Below the pieces are notes generated by a model, which saw nothing but the letters and a program-made list of their open reading frames with translations, ran no database searches and was not told the origin of the DNA. A stretch of DNA of 64,000 nt from Octopus sinensis (taxonomy: Eukaryota): positions 52,762,001 through 52,826,000 of the forward strand of contig NC_043014.1 of assembly GCF_006345805.1 (NCBI RefSeq), given 5' to 3'. This document shows, in pieces, positions 54,101 through 64,000 of the stretch. The first letter of the stretch is position 1, and each line of letters begins with the position of its first letter. Made by a program: the position numbers and the translations under genes.

Positions 54101-56720
54101 TCCACATTAGGCAGACTCTCCTTCTCCCATGTGTTCTCTATATTTAGCAGCCTTTCATAGTGGCACTTTCAAGCCTCTTTCTTTGCAGAATCACTAACTG
54201 CAAATCAGCCATCATCCATACGAACACACATAATTTTTCCTGATTCACTGTCTTCCAAATAGAAACACCTTAAGCCACTGGTCCTCACACAACACAACAT
54301 TGGTAAACTTCTTCCTTTCTGCTTCTTGCCCAGCTAAGTATACCTGTCTTCTTGCCTCCCTCCTCACTACCTGATAAAGTTCTCTGCTACCACAATTCTT
54401 CCAGCCCTATTCTTTCGCTCTAATGGCCTTATCTACAACACTACTCCACCACATCACCCTAGGTCTGCTCGAGACTTTGCACCAGCCACAGATTTGGTCT
54501 GTGACACTCAGAAAGTTGTTCTGTAGGAACTTCCTGTTGTCCTCTAAGCTACATATTTTATGTAGAGAAGCTGGCATGGCTGTGTGGCTATTGCAACCAT
54601 ATGACTTCAGGTTCAGTCCCACAGCTCAGCACTTTGGGCGAGAGTCTTCCACTGCACTATAAGGTTGAAAAAGCCTGCTTTGATGGAAACTATGCAAAAC
54701 TGTCAGTCAGATTAAACCTCAATCTCTTTTTCTTTTCTCTTCTTTTCTTTTTTTTTGGGTGGGGTGGTTGGAGCATTTCTAAAGGCCAAAGCTATCGCTC
54801 ATTCCTTCAGACCAAACCAATGTAAGCATAAATAAATAAAAATTCAATCCAGCAACAGGTGGAAGAGTCATTAGAATAAACGGTCCCACAGGGTTTGTTC
54901 TGTAAGACTGTGCTCTGATCCTATAGAAGTCGCCTTTGTTTGTCATCCTTTCAGGGTCAATAACAAGGTTCCATTCCAGAGCCATGAGTTGGGGGAACTG
55001 AAAGTATGTCAGACCAAATGCTTTGCAACATTTGCTTTGGGTCTATGTACTCTGAGTTCGAATCCCACCACAGCCTGCTTGCATGACAGGATCAATCTTT
55101 CCTCTGCTTTGGCACCACCACCTGGCACTTAAGCCTTTCTTCACTCTCCATGGAGCAGAAGCCATCAACAACTTTTCTCCAGAAAAGCTCCAAGACATTT
55201 CCTTTAAGGTCTTCCTGGCTTTCAATTGCCATCGATGTTACTGTAACTTTGCTTTTTCTAGATAGAGATGTTGACTCCACACAAACCCATTTTTACCTCT
55301 CCGAAGAGCCGGCCCATATTGCTCTGGCCTCCATCCTTTGATATGTCTAGCTTGCACTCTACTGACATAGTTCACAAGGTCATTGAGGCACAAAAGCCAA
55401 TACATCACAACAAAGACTTTGTGGTGAACTTAGCACCTGAGATACATTGAAGTGGAGTTCATGCAACCCTCGTCTCTGGTTTAGGATATCTTCCTCTCTC
55501 TCTCTCCATCCCACTAGTCTTGAAGGCAGAGTCCATAACAGGACATGGACACTGCTTTCTCTCCAGACTGAAAGGCACAACAAAAAAAAAGGATATGTAT
55601 AAACAATGAGCTCCAGCACAAGCCCCAACAGGCTGTTGGATGCTTTTCACAGAATCTAGTCTGTTGCAGGTATCCTGAGTAGGGCTTTAAACAGCATCCA
55701 GTAATGGGTCCTTGTTGCAGGGTTTTGAGGGGTGTGGAACTATCTCTTACCTCCTGTTGTTCCCAAGTTTATTGAACAAGAATAATAACACATGTGAGGA
55801 TCCCAGCAATAGGTTGCCTCCAGAAGGTCACTCAACCTACCTGCCAACTGACCCAGGACAGATGAAGCCCTTCAGTTCATTAGTTGCTCATCTAAGAGAA
55901 GATAACTCCGTACAAATCCTATATCCTGATAGCTATGGGACCCATAGCACTTGTGCACCACACCATCATCATCGTTTAACGTCCGTTTTTCGTGCTAGCA
56001 CGGGTTGGACAGTTCGACTGGGGCCTGGGAAGCCAGGGGGCTGCCCCAGGCTCCAGTCTGATCTGGCAGTGTTTCTACAGCTGGATGCCCTTCCTAACAC
56101 CAACCACTCCATGAGTGTAGTGGGTGCTTTTTACGTGCCAGGGGAGGCTGGCAATGGCCACGATCGGTTGGTGCTTTTTACGTGCCACCGGCACAGAAGC
56201 CAGTCAAAGCAGCGCTGGCATCAGCCACATTCGAATGGTGCTTTTTACGTGCCACCGGCACAGGTATCACAACTACAATTTCCATTTGATATTTATTTTG
56301 ATGTTGATGTACTTGACTCAATAAGTCTCCTCAAGCACAGCAGGTCGTGTGCCACCAGCACAGAAGCCTTTCAAGGCTGCACTGGCATCAGCCACATTGG
56401 ACCTGCACAAATTATGCTCACTATAATAATAAACCCTTGGCGTCTTGAGGGTAATCGACTGAGCAATTAAGAAAGGCCAAGAGAGTAAACCCATTCAGAA
56501 AATCTGGAAAGTGGAGCACTAAAGCAGGTATGTAAGGTTGTACATATCTGCAATTCCACAGATGCTGCAAATATATTGACTTGTCTTTCCTTCGTGGCAT
56601 AGCCATGAGTGGAAAAGTGGTTAGTTACTGTCTCTGCCATACTATCAACCAGCAATAGAATCAAAGGCCATCCACTCTGTTGCAAACAGCCAAACTAGTT
56701 CTTGGGATTAAACTCAGTAA

Positions 56721-56763
<43 letters not shown>

Positions 56764-56992
56764 CACACACTGTTTTCTATAAAGTTATGGTTTCTTCTTC
56801 TCTGAGCACTATCAGTCTCAGACATACACCAAAATAGTTATGGGAGCTGGTGTCCTGCCTCTTCTGGCTAAGCAAAAAATAAACATAAAAACAAAGAAGA
56901 ATGACAGGAACCATAGAAATGAGAAGAATAAATGGAGCTCATTACTTACTACTATAGCGCTGAATCCAACCAGATTTTACAACATCTGCCAT
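16051..56992 (-). CDS. PLEKHB: Evectin/PLEKHB-like PH-domain protein, 8 coding exons, 323 aa (span of spliced CDS)
   Basis: Exons of 43+116+164+28+115+189+156+161 = 972 nt join with GT-AG sites and matching phases into one ORF. It begins MADVVKSGWIQRYSKSFLDGGWRKVWVVLHDNSVLRWYKK (PH beta1-beta3), includes NELNEWMNAIVSV (PH C-terminal helix Trp), then a Pro/Tyr/Gln-rich region, then QVVHIKEK..EIALGVAGGALL. That last part resembles the evectin C-terminus as recalled, not aligned. B1 versus B2 orthology cannot be resolved. Confidence 0.85.
16240..16312. repeat. (TAA/TGA)n microsatellite next to the last acceptor
   Basis: Visible trinucleotide run about 30 nt from the splice site. Confidence 0.9.
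18296..18451 (-). CDS. PLEKHB: PLEKHB-like coding exon 7 (AAYGQVPPPPPGY...EIAL)
   Basis: catttttcag| acceptor; G|gtaaga donor; PPGY (PPxY) motif; 156 nt, symmetric phase 1. Confidence 0.9.
18609..19262 (+). mobile_element. 5'-truncated CR1/L2-group LINE (RT C-terminus plus 3' UTR)
   Basis: ORF 18632-19144 YIAMVRPRLEFASPVWNPY...LEAVQRRATK...FFTLRVAEAWNKLP; ends in an (ATT)-like tail. Confidence 0.92.
19500..19745. repeat. Compound minisatellite, (GA)n-AATGTGTTTAGTGAAGGG, about 7 units
   Basis: Visible tandem units with variable GA tract length. Confidence 0.92.
20355..20600 (+). mobile_element. Helitron PIF1-helicase C-terminal fragment (internally deleted)
   Basis: LPPHNLHLKTGTPVMLLRN..KLCNGT and TKNVVYQEAL motifs. 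Confidence 0.85.
24455..24643 (-). CDS. PLEKHB: PLEKHB-like coding exon 6 (YPQQ repeats)
   Basis: ttgttttag|TGCC acceptor; G|gtaagt donor; VPSAPP...YPQQAPYPQQASYPQQPGYPQQ; 189 nt, symmetric phase 1. Confidence 0.9.
24840..25012. repeat. (TA)n/(TG)n/(CA)n compound microsatellite
   Basis: Visible dinucleotide runs. Confidence 0.95.
25489..25709. mobile_element. piggyBac-type MITE with TTAA TSD
   Basis: TTAA|CCCTTTCGTTAC ... GTAACAAAAGGG|TTAA. Confidence 0.85.
25956..26070 (-). CDS. PLEKHB: PLEKHB-like coding exon 5 (LPPAPRKSQQ...AGAGYA)
   Basis: tgtttcag|CTC acceptor; G|gtaagg donor; GC-rich open frame; phase 0 to 1. Confidence 0.87.
26629..27756. mobile_element. Foldback/MITE-like element with about 340-bp terminal inverted repeats
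   Basis: 26629-26978 is an imperfect reverse complement of 27420-27756 (e.g. gtcttgcttctgactag/ctagtcagaagcaagac, gtgttagtatcaagtga/tcacttgatactaacac); non-coding spacer of about 440 bp. Confidence 0.85.
28377..28422 (-). ncRNA. Minimal type I hammerhead ribozyme motif (Penelope-type)
   Basis: GACAC-CTGATGA-a-GGCTG(gagagtatat)CAGCT-GAAACGTT-GTGTT: stem I GACAC/GTGTT, stem II GGCTG/CAGCT, palindromic AACGTT in place of stem III. Confidence 0.62.
28697..28742 (+). ncRNA. Second hammerhead motif copy (GAAACATT variant, probably impaired)
   Basis: GACAC CTGATGA a GGCTG...CAGCT GAAACATT GTGTT. Confidence 0.45.
30764..30791 (-). CDS. PLEKHB: PLEKHB-like coding exon 4, 28 nt (N-EWMNAIVSV)
   Basis: ctctttttacag|TGAATGG...GTG|gtaagt; supplies the conserved PH helix Trp; phase 2 to 0. 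Confidence 0.88.
32778..37100. repeat. 40-bp minisatellite, about 108 copies (GGGTAGGAATGAGTGGGACGAAGGAAA[C/T]CGAAGTGTGGGT)
   Basis: Directly visible tandem array with few variant positions; 1-nt deletion near 36520. Confidence 0.99.
37700..37863 (-). CDS. PLEKHB: PLEKHB-like coding exon 3 (EVCKWFSVGQ...IIWFLFTNDNEL)
   Basis: ttttgttttaacacag|GAG acceptor; AA|gtttgt donor; phase 0 to 2. Confidence 0.88.
37917..39186 (-). mobile_element. Degenerate, near full-length mariner transposon (about 1.27 kb)
   Basis: Minus-strand fragments KLDKWVPHEL and ILLQDSARPH; imperfect TIRs tattaaggtcgtca.../...tgacaacctaata; frameshifts and stops. Confidence 0.9.
39255..42810 (-). mobile_element. Cluster of about 11 co-oriented tRNA-derived Nin/Deu-domain-like SINE copies surrounding coding exon 2
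   Basis: Repeated gtcaattacat-gaccccag-ctggtact...aaaggatgaaaggcaaagtcgacc...gaatttgaactcag (reverse complement of the gcctttcatcc core and B box). Confidence 0.8.
40910..41025 (-). CDS. PLEKHB: PLEKHB-like coding exon 2 (KSFLDGGWRKVWVVLHDNSVLRWYKKQTDSDSKGDILLK)
   Basis: Poly-T tract then atcag| acceptor; AAG|gtaagt donor; PH beta2-beta4 pattern. Confidence 0.92.
43200..43760 (-). mobile_element. RTE 3' end fragment
   Basis: catcatcat...tttaacgtcc...ttccatgc tail and TWDEVVKHDL on the minus strand. Confidence 0.8.
46249..46360. repeat. Imperfect hairpin of about 110 bp
   Basis: aaggaaaag..gactctgaactttca..ttcttgcca paired with tggcaagaa..tgaaagttcagagtc..cttttcctt. Confidence 0.8.
47085..48115 (-). 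mobile_element. RTE-clade LINE 3' fragment
   Basis: KGRLYDACVQTAMLHGSETW...RLRWYGHVLRM...GRGRPRKTW; (GAT)n tail. Confidence 0.9.
48580..50078 (+). mobile_element. RTE-clade LINE degenerate fragment
   Basis: WELL.YADDL-like RT segment, KGRLYDA, 3' UTR ending in (GAT)n. Confidence 0.82.
50143..50290 (+). mobile_element. Second tRNA-SINE family (copies also near 29020-29160 -, 29665-29810 +, 45160-45265 -, 48290-48450 +)
   Basis: gtggtaag...ggttca.tcccactgc.tggcaccttgggcaagtgtcttctactatagcc...ggatttggtagacggaaactga. Confidence 0.8.
51110..51193. repeat. (GA)n microsatellite
   Basis: About 42 GA units. Confidence 0.97.
53100..54535 (-). mobile_element. RTE-clade LINE RT fragment
   Basis: DAIFLVRQQQE, LYLAFVDMGKAF, GVHQGS, ELLYVNDL. 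Confidence 0.85.
56950..56992 (-). CDS. PLEKHB: PLEKHB-like coding exon 1 (MADVVKSGWIQRYS)
   Basis: ttttcttttttag|ATGGCAGAT...TATAGTA|gtaagt; KSGW PH beta1 motif; ends in phase 1, matching the next exon. Confidence 0.88.
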
Positions 56993-57049
56993 CTAAAAAA
57001 AGAAAAAGTATAAAAACTGAATGTTGTTGTTGTTGTTAGGGAGGAGGAG

Positions 57050-57792
57050 GAGGATTATTGTCTGGAAGAAGAATCTCCTTCCATTAGGACTTCAGGAAGA
57101 ACAATTTCTGGCATTTTCTCACTCCCTTTGCTTAATTTAGGCTTTTTAGACACCCTTTCTTCACTTTTCACGCTTGCAGGTCGTTTGTTTGATTAGAAAC
57201 CTATCAAGAGAAAGTCTGCTTCTTCCTGTCTTTCAAAATGTTACGAAAATGTGTCGGAGCATTTGTCATTAAACAAAGCAACTGCACAAGCTGTGAATAC
57301 ATTTCCAGGATGATACCTTTCTTGAAATTCAGAAATTTTCAGCTGCCTTTGTGTCAGAACTTGATGCTTCTCCATACCTGACAACTCTATGAACACCAGT
57401 CCTCTTCATGGAATTACCAAACCAGCCACGACTGGCTTTAATTGCATCTGCCTCATCAATGTTCTAGGGTTCTGCTTTAAGAGATCTCTCCATACAGAGC
57501 TTGTGATGGTCTCCATCATCATATCCCCTGTGAGTGGCTTGTTCTTGATCCACAGGAGAAGCAATTTTCCCATCTCTTTGTAGACAGATGTGCATTGCTT
57601 AGAGAGCCTGGAGAGACGTTTTGTTGTTGTAACAGCCTTCATCTCATCCTTTTTCTTCACGATGGTGTGGACCGTCAACATGCTTCAGTCATATTGATGT
57701 GCTATATACCCTACAAGGAGCCCTCTCTCATGTTTATCAACGATTTCCTTTTCAGTTTCATCGTAATCAGCTTTTTCTTCTTAGGACCCATG
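57050..57792 (-). mobile_element. Tigger/pogo (CENP-B-like) transposase relic
   Basis: MGPKK start, EMGKLLLLWIKNK, IKASRGWF motif; internally deleted. Confidence 0.75.
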
Positions 57793-58068
57793 GCTAATAC
57801 AACTAATTATTATAAAATAATAGCAAAAAAAGTACAAAACTGAGAAAAAACAAAAGGGATGCTGCCACGAGATAAACACATGAAGTAAGCAAGCAGAGGC
57901 TGTACCAGCTGGGAGGGCATGTGTGGGCTCAGCACTGACTAGCGCCAGTTGCTTGTATAAAACTCACTTGTTTTGTGGATTTCTGTTTGTATTTCAAGAC
58001 AAACATTTGCTGCATCAGCCTCGGCTCATTACTTGTACAATGCTGCACTCGTACTGCAAGCTTTTACT

Positions 58069-58104
<36 letters not shown>

Positions 58105-58109
58105 GTATC

Positions 58110-58570
58110 ATTAAGGTGGCAGGCTGGCAGAATCGTTAGCCAGGCAAAATGCTGAGCGGTATTTCGTCTACCACTACATTCTGAGTTCAAATTCCGCCGA
58201 GGTCAACTTGCCTTTCATCCTTACGGGGTCAATAAACTAAGTACCAGTTACTCACTGGGGTCGATGTAATCAACTATCCTCCTTCCCCAAATTTCAGCCC
58301 TTGTGCCTATAGCAGAAAGGATTATTATTATTATCATCATCATTATTATTATTATTAATTTGGCCAACTGGCAGAATCATTAGCACACTGGACAAAACGC
58401 TTGGTGGCATCTCATCTAACTTTACATTTTGAGTTCAAATTCCACTGAAGTTGGCTTTGCCTTTCATGCTTTTTAGGGTTGTACCAGTCATGCATTAGGG
58501 TCAATGTAATTGACTCTCCACCTCCTCCTCCTCCAAACTTACTGACTGTGCCAACATTTAAAACCATTAT
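58110..58570 (+). mobile_element. Two tandem tRNA-derived SINE copies (same family; others near 9990-10210 and 52520-52685)
   Basis: ggcaggctggcagaatcgttagc...gagttcaaattcc...gcctttcatcc...gtaccag, (ATT)n tails. Confidence 0.85.
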
Positions 58571-58599
58571 TATTGTTGTTGTTGTTGTTGTCTTACCTT

Positions 58600-61260
58600 T
58601 GCAAGAGCAATATATTGCCCTGATGATTCTTTTGTCCTTTTTGTCACTGTTCCATCACTGTATTGCTATGTTTTGGTTTTGCTTTAACTGACACAAACTG
58701 CAGCCAAGTCTTAGCCAGAAACATCAAGGGACAACAAGATTTTGCATATAAAGATGCCAATAGGGGAAGAGCCATGTGATTCACTTATTTTGAGGCTGCA
58801 TTATTTGTTGGCACATTTTGACATCATTCCAAGTGCCCCAATTGCAATAGGTATTGTTGCTTTAAGATGCCACAGTCTTCCGATTTCTGTCTCCAATTCT
58901 TAGTTGGAAGGAACCGATCCTGAGCAGCAGTGATAAACCCTCAGTTTCTGGTTTGAGACCAGAGCATGTCCGCTATGGATAGGTAAGGGTTTGGTCTACA
59001 TCAGGATCCCTGACTCTATTCTGAAATTTTCTATCTGTTGATTTTGGCCCTCATGTCTCCTTAGCATATTGGAAGCTGGTTTGTTTGGCTATATTTTCTT
59101 TGTCAGCTGAAGATCCATTTTCTTCAGATTCTCATTTGTCTGGCTGCATTTCATGAAGGAATACTTTTGATTCTTCATTACAACATGCAACTGTTTGCTA
59201 TCTTCACGTTTCAGAACCAGCTTTAACATCCAAGCATTTGACTGTTGTAGACAGAAAGACCCATGGTTGCAATTTTCAGTGAATTGAGATTGTATCAACT
59301 TCCCACCACATTCTTTTCTCACAAAGTGTACTCAGTCTGTGCATTTGGGGTGATGCATATAATGTGTGTGGGGGGGATCATCTGCTTTTGGATTATGACA
59401 TCAACTTTGTTGATCTCAGAGGTGGACCAATATATAACATTGAAGCTGTATATGATTAGACATGTGTATGGCCTTGGGTCTTCTTTCTGGCAGTCAACTT
59501 GAGTTCTAGAAGAGCTCCTTACCATATCACTGCTTTCTAATAATTTCTTTTCATTAGTGACTCCATGATTTCATCTCCTTTACAGTCTCCTAGATACTTC
59601 TAAATGCTCTCAAATTCTAATTCTTTTATTTTGGTAGCTCTTTAACAGTTAGAACTTTGTTGCAACAGTCAAGCCCAAATCCATTTTAATATCATCAATA
59701 AATTGTCTGACTGTGTGTAGGAGTGCTTGCAGTTGTTAACCATTTTTCACAGAAGGCTTCAAGTCATCCATATAGAGATGATCAATGGTTTTATTCAGGA
59801 ATTTACTTTTACAATTATAGTAATTATTTCAAATGGAAATTGTAACTGTGGCTGATGCCAGTGCCACCTGTCTGGCTCCCTGTGCTGGTGTCATGTAAAA
59901 AGCACCATCCAAATGTGGTCGATGCCAGCCACCTTGCCCCGACTGGTCCCTATGCCAGTGGCACATAAAAAGCACCATCCGAACATGGCTGATGCCTTGA
60001 CTGGCTCCTGTGCTGATGGCACGTAAAAGCACCATCCAAAAGTGGTCAATGCCAGCACCCTCTGGTCCCTGTGCCAGTGGCACGTAAAAAGCACCCACTA
60101 CACTCTCGGAGTGGTTGGTGTTAGGAAGGACATCCAGCTGTAGAAACACTGCCAGATCAGACTGGAGCCTGGGGCAGCCCCCTGGCTTCCCAGACCCTTA
60201 GTCGAACTGTCCAACGCATGCCAGCATGGAAAATTGATGTTAAACGATGATGATGATGATGATAGTGTCTGTGTTGAGAATTAATTCAGATCTTCTTGAC
60301 ATAAGACAAAAAATTCCTGTTTATTGATGAAATTTTGAATGTCATTAGGCATTCCTTTATCCAGCAAGAAGGAAGATTATCTAAGGCCTTCTTGTAGGCC
60401 ATTCAGGCCTTAGATTATCCAAGGCCTTCTTGTAGGCCATTCAGGCCACTGACGGACAGTTTTTCTGCTGTAACAATCATCAAGAGTAATTTTGTTAATT
60501 AACACCTGTACAATCCACATTTACAGCATCTTTGTCCATCAGGGGAAATGTTGCAAGAAGACATCCATTACATAAGGACAGGTGAAAGGGCCTCATACAT
60601 TGTTGTAAGGCATGTTATGGACCTGTGGGACTTCAGGATTTTTGTTTCATCACTTTTGAGAAGCAAAGAACATACAAGTTTGGTCAGCCATTCTGGAGTC
60701 ACTTCTGTTTCCTTCATAATTATATTGTAACAGTGAATTACCTTGCTATGTGAATTTGTAAAGACATTAAGCCAATAGTTGGGTCTCTCGTTCTCACCCG
60801 GCCACTTCCATTTACTGGATCTGTTCAATGGAAGTTTGATCTTTTTCCATATTTGCTCTTCTATAAGCTCAGTGTATTATTCTTGTCAATTAATTCATCG
60901 AGTATCACAATTCGATTCCTTCTCATCTCCCCAAACTTTACTCCAAAACTCAAATATTTCTTCCTCTCAAGGGATTTCTATTTTTATTGTGCTCTTTCCA
61001 ATATGCCTATAGAATCTTTTGGATTATTTTTAAACAGGTTATTATCTTTGAAGAACCTGGATCATTTTTCAAAGCACTGTATGTATGTAGCTTTGACCTA
61101 TACTTTTATTTTCTCCATTACTTAAAAAAATTGGTGTTCAGATTTTAATTCATATTTTTTCCATCATTTTTCTCTTAAATTGTTTTATATTATAATGAAG
61201 TTTTTTAGTATTTCTCCATCAGATTTTGATTTCATTTCCTGCTCTCCATTTTGTACAAAA
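58600..61260 (-). mobile_element. R4/Dong-like RLE non-LTR retrotransposon relic, interrupted by an RTE-tail insertion
   Basis: Minus strand: HRSITCLTTMY, HLYMDDLK (RT catalytic motif), LKPETEG..AAQD, IPIAIGALG. Confidence 0.8.
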
Positions 61261-63355
61261 AATACTCAACAACATCTTTAAGAAACAACACAAAACGCTA
61301 ACTAGTTTGCTACCTGCCAGACCACAAAGGCCATGTAGTATACAAGAGCAACACTCCTAGAACCCGCAATTTTCCTGAATGTTGTACCACAAGGATGCAT
61401 CCTCTCAGCCACTCTAGTCAACCTATACCTACACTACCTTCATAGACACAGACAGATACACACACACACACACACAGACATTGTCCTACCGTTCTCCAGA
61501 TACCACTGAATAACTACTCCAACCCTATTTAAATCACCTATAAACCTGGCTCCACAAGTTACCTACCAAATCTCCTACTCCCTTCCTATCAATACCCTTA
61601 GAATACAACAAATATAACCAACAATTACATTCAACATAAACATCTCTTTCTCTCTCTCACATGCGCACACAAAGACAACACTATTAGCTGTGGCATACAA
61701 CTCTACCACAACATGCTTCTTGCAACCCACACGCACCAACTGTGTACAAACAATACTTCAGATCCATCATAGATTATATTTGTCCTATCTAGACACCCAG
61801 TCTCACCCCTAAAGAGAACACAATCAAGTGCACTATACATCAAGACAGATTGTACACAGACCACTCACACAACAAAACAAATAGGCTAAAAATTAATTTT
61901 GCCAGCATATGCAAGATTCAACCATAACAAACATTAAAAAAGAAACAATCAAATAAAAATAACTGTAACACCAATATTTTTGCTGATGTAAAACACTGTG
62001 AAAGGGTGCACACCATTAACACTCAATCTCTGACCAAATCCACCTTTCTACATCTTACAGTGGCCACTGCCAGAATTTAATAGAAATAGAATGGAAAATG
62101 TAATACATTGTTGACTGTTACAGTCCCTGACATACGATTCGTAGCTGCACATCAGATTTGCAGTTTGGTCCTTAGCTAAAATGAGACAGAGAAGATGGAT
62201 TTGTGGGAACAATTTGCATAGCACAGAAGTACTTGATCAGGGCTGCCCTGGGGTACACAACAGCAACAATCTCACTTTACAGAATACTAATGCATTAAGA
62301 AAAGCTGCACTAAGATATACGACATCACATCACACTAAACAATCCCAAATCAGTTGATATAATTAGGAAAGCTTGTTGACTCTCATAACATCCAAAATTC
62401 ATAATTTATTTTGTGGTATAATAATGACTTTTGGTAATTAATTCTGACAACAAAATGGTTTTTCCGTGCAAAAGGGCTCTGAATCCCAGTCTTGTGAAAA
62501 GGAAGAATTTGAAGTAACTCAGGATCCTAAGTTGCTTGGTGATTAAACAATGATAAACACAGCCAATAGCAACAGAGCCGAGCAGATGTACAACCCTTTG
62601 TATCAAGTTAAGGCGTGAGACTGAATTCCAAAACTTGGCGAGGACGAACACTGTATTTTATTACTCAACAAAATACCACGAAAGCTCTCACTATTTCGCT
62701 GCATTACACGAAACAGTTGAGTGCAGTAAACAGCAGAAATGAAGTGCAAGGATGTTAGTGACCAACGAAGCGGGGATTAACTGGAAATAGATATAAACAC
62801 GGCAAAGCACTGGGTCGATGTAATCCACTTGGCTCAGAATTGTTAGCCTTGTGACTAAAGTTAGAAACCGTTTTTAATATTATTGAAATTACTGTAATTA
62901 ATATAAAATAAAACAATTCATCGTTATTATGATTAATGTATCGTTTAATTTTCTTTCCATAACTAATAACAGGATACATCGTATTGCGCATCATTTCCTG
63001 ACTGTCCTGCTTCGGAGAAGATGGCAATCAATTGATTAAACGGATATAGAGATGAAAACAACGACCATCCTTAAAATAAATCTGTTTCTAACGCAGAGGC
63101 ACCTGCTCGCTCCACCCTCCTCCGCCAGGCAGTGGAAACTCTAATTAAATTACTGTAATAAGAACAAAGTGTTCGTTTTAAAATATATGCATGATGAAAC
63201 GGATGTTTGCTATTTGTTTAAATTAAGCAGCTCAATTAAGCAGCTGGTTTTCGTCCTAAATCGCAATCATTTACTCTTAATACATTCAACAAGGTGCGAG
63301 AATGGGACACCGACGTCACACGTTCTACTTTTACACACACATTTATGTCAAGAAT

Positions 63356-63389
<34 letters not shown>

Positions 63390-63491
63390 CAAGAAAAAAA
63401 TATATTTGTATAAAGAATATATATATATTTGCTATAAAATCTGTATGAAATTGCCAATAAAAAGAGAGAAATTGGAGAGAGAAGACTTTAC

Positions 63492-63565
63492 CTTGTCAAA
63501 GCCTGAAAATGACTGAAGCCACGAGAACTTCAAGGGAGGTAACTCCAATCGGAGATTCCGTCTCC
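63492..63565 (-). other. Probable non-coding first exon (5' UTR) of the PLEKHB-like gene; start site approximate
   Basis: CAAG|gtaaag donor at 63491; locally CpG-rich; coding exon 1 starts with ATG directly after an acceptor, so an upstream exon is required. Confidence 0.5.
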
Positions 63566-63584
63566 GCGGTGCTATGACGTCATA
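63545..63584. promoter_or_regulatory. Putative promoter elements: CRE palindrome and CCAAT
   Basis: TATGACGTCATA at 63573-63584 (core TGACGTCA); CCAAT at 63545-63549. Confidence 0.45.
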
Positions 63585-64000
63585 CTGCCTAACCCCCCCA
63601 CACACACACACACACGCAACACGCACTTTCGTAGGGTCTCTACCTTGTCTTAAGTTTATCTAACCATAATAGCTTTACAGAAGTATCAGGATTTCCTAGA
63701 AGTTGTCCAGAAAATCAATTGGAGAAGGAAAAAAACTGGATGGTTTATTAAAAATGAATCAACTGCTATGATTTTCACCATAAATATGTCATAAATACTA
63801 ATTTTTGACCCGAGAAAAATAGTTCCTCTTGAGTGGACGTGTTTTTCTCTGTCTTAAGTTGGTGTTTCTGTCTGATGTCATTCGAAGAAAAGCCACTGTC
63901 TGAAATGGAATCATTCCTTGAACGTAACAGGTTCTGGATTTATCGACATTTAAAAGTGAATGATATAAACAAACTGGGTATAGAATATAAAGGAAGGGAT

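Noticed and set aside
55712-56470. 252-aa plus-strand ORF
   Set aside because: Mostly antisense reading of an RTE 3' UTR repeat; the same peptide (FLQLDALPN) recurs in many copies in the window.
60374-60447. 38-bp tandem duplication
   Set aside because: Local slippage inside a dead retrotransposon with no evident function.

Overview
AT-rich, repeat-dense eukaryotic genomic DNA, most likely from an octopus (coleoid cephalopod); this is inferred from the SINE/RTE families and the microsatellite load. One spliced protein-coding gene spans about 47 kb of the minus strand. It has a probable non-coding first exon near 63.5 kb and eight phase-consistent coding exons (56992-56950, 41025-40910, 37863-37700, 30791-30764, 26070-25956, 24643-24455, 18451-18296, 16211-16051; 972 nt, 323 aa). 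The product is evectin/PLEKHB-like: PH domain, YPQQ/PPxY low-complexity region, glycine-rich hydrophobic segment, and an unusual W/F-G-S tail. Introns and flanks hold relics of mariner, Tigger, Helitron, piggyBac-type MITE, foldback, CR1, RTE, R4-like and Gypsy elements, many tRNA-SINEs, and a 4.3 kb 40-bp minisatellite with a 35-unit higher-order duplication. The most notable item is a TSD-flanked palindromic element (28331-28810) that joins a tRNA-like Pol III head to a Penelope-type minimal hammerhead ribozyme. Its better-preserved ribozyme copy is on the host pre-mRNA strand. Repeat boundaries were read by eye and are approximate.
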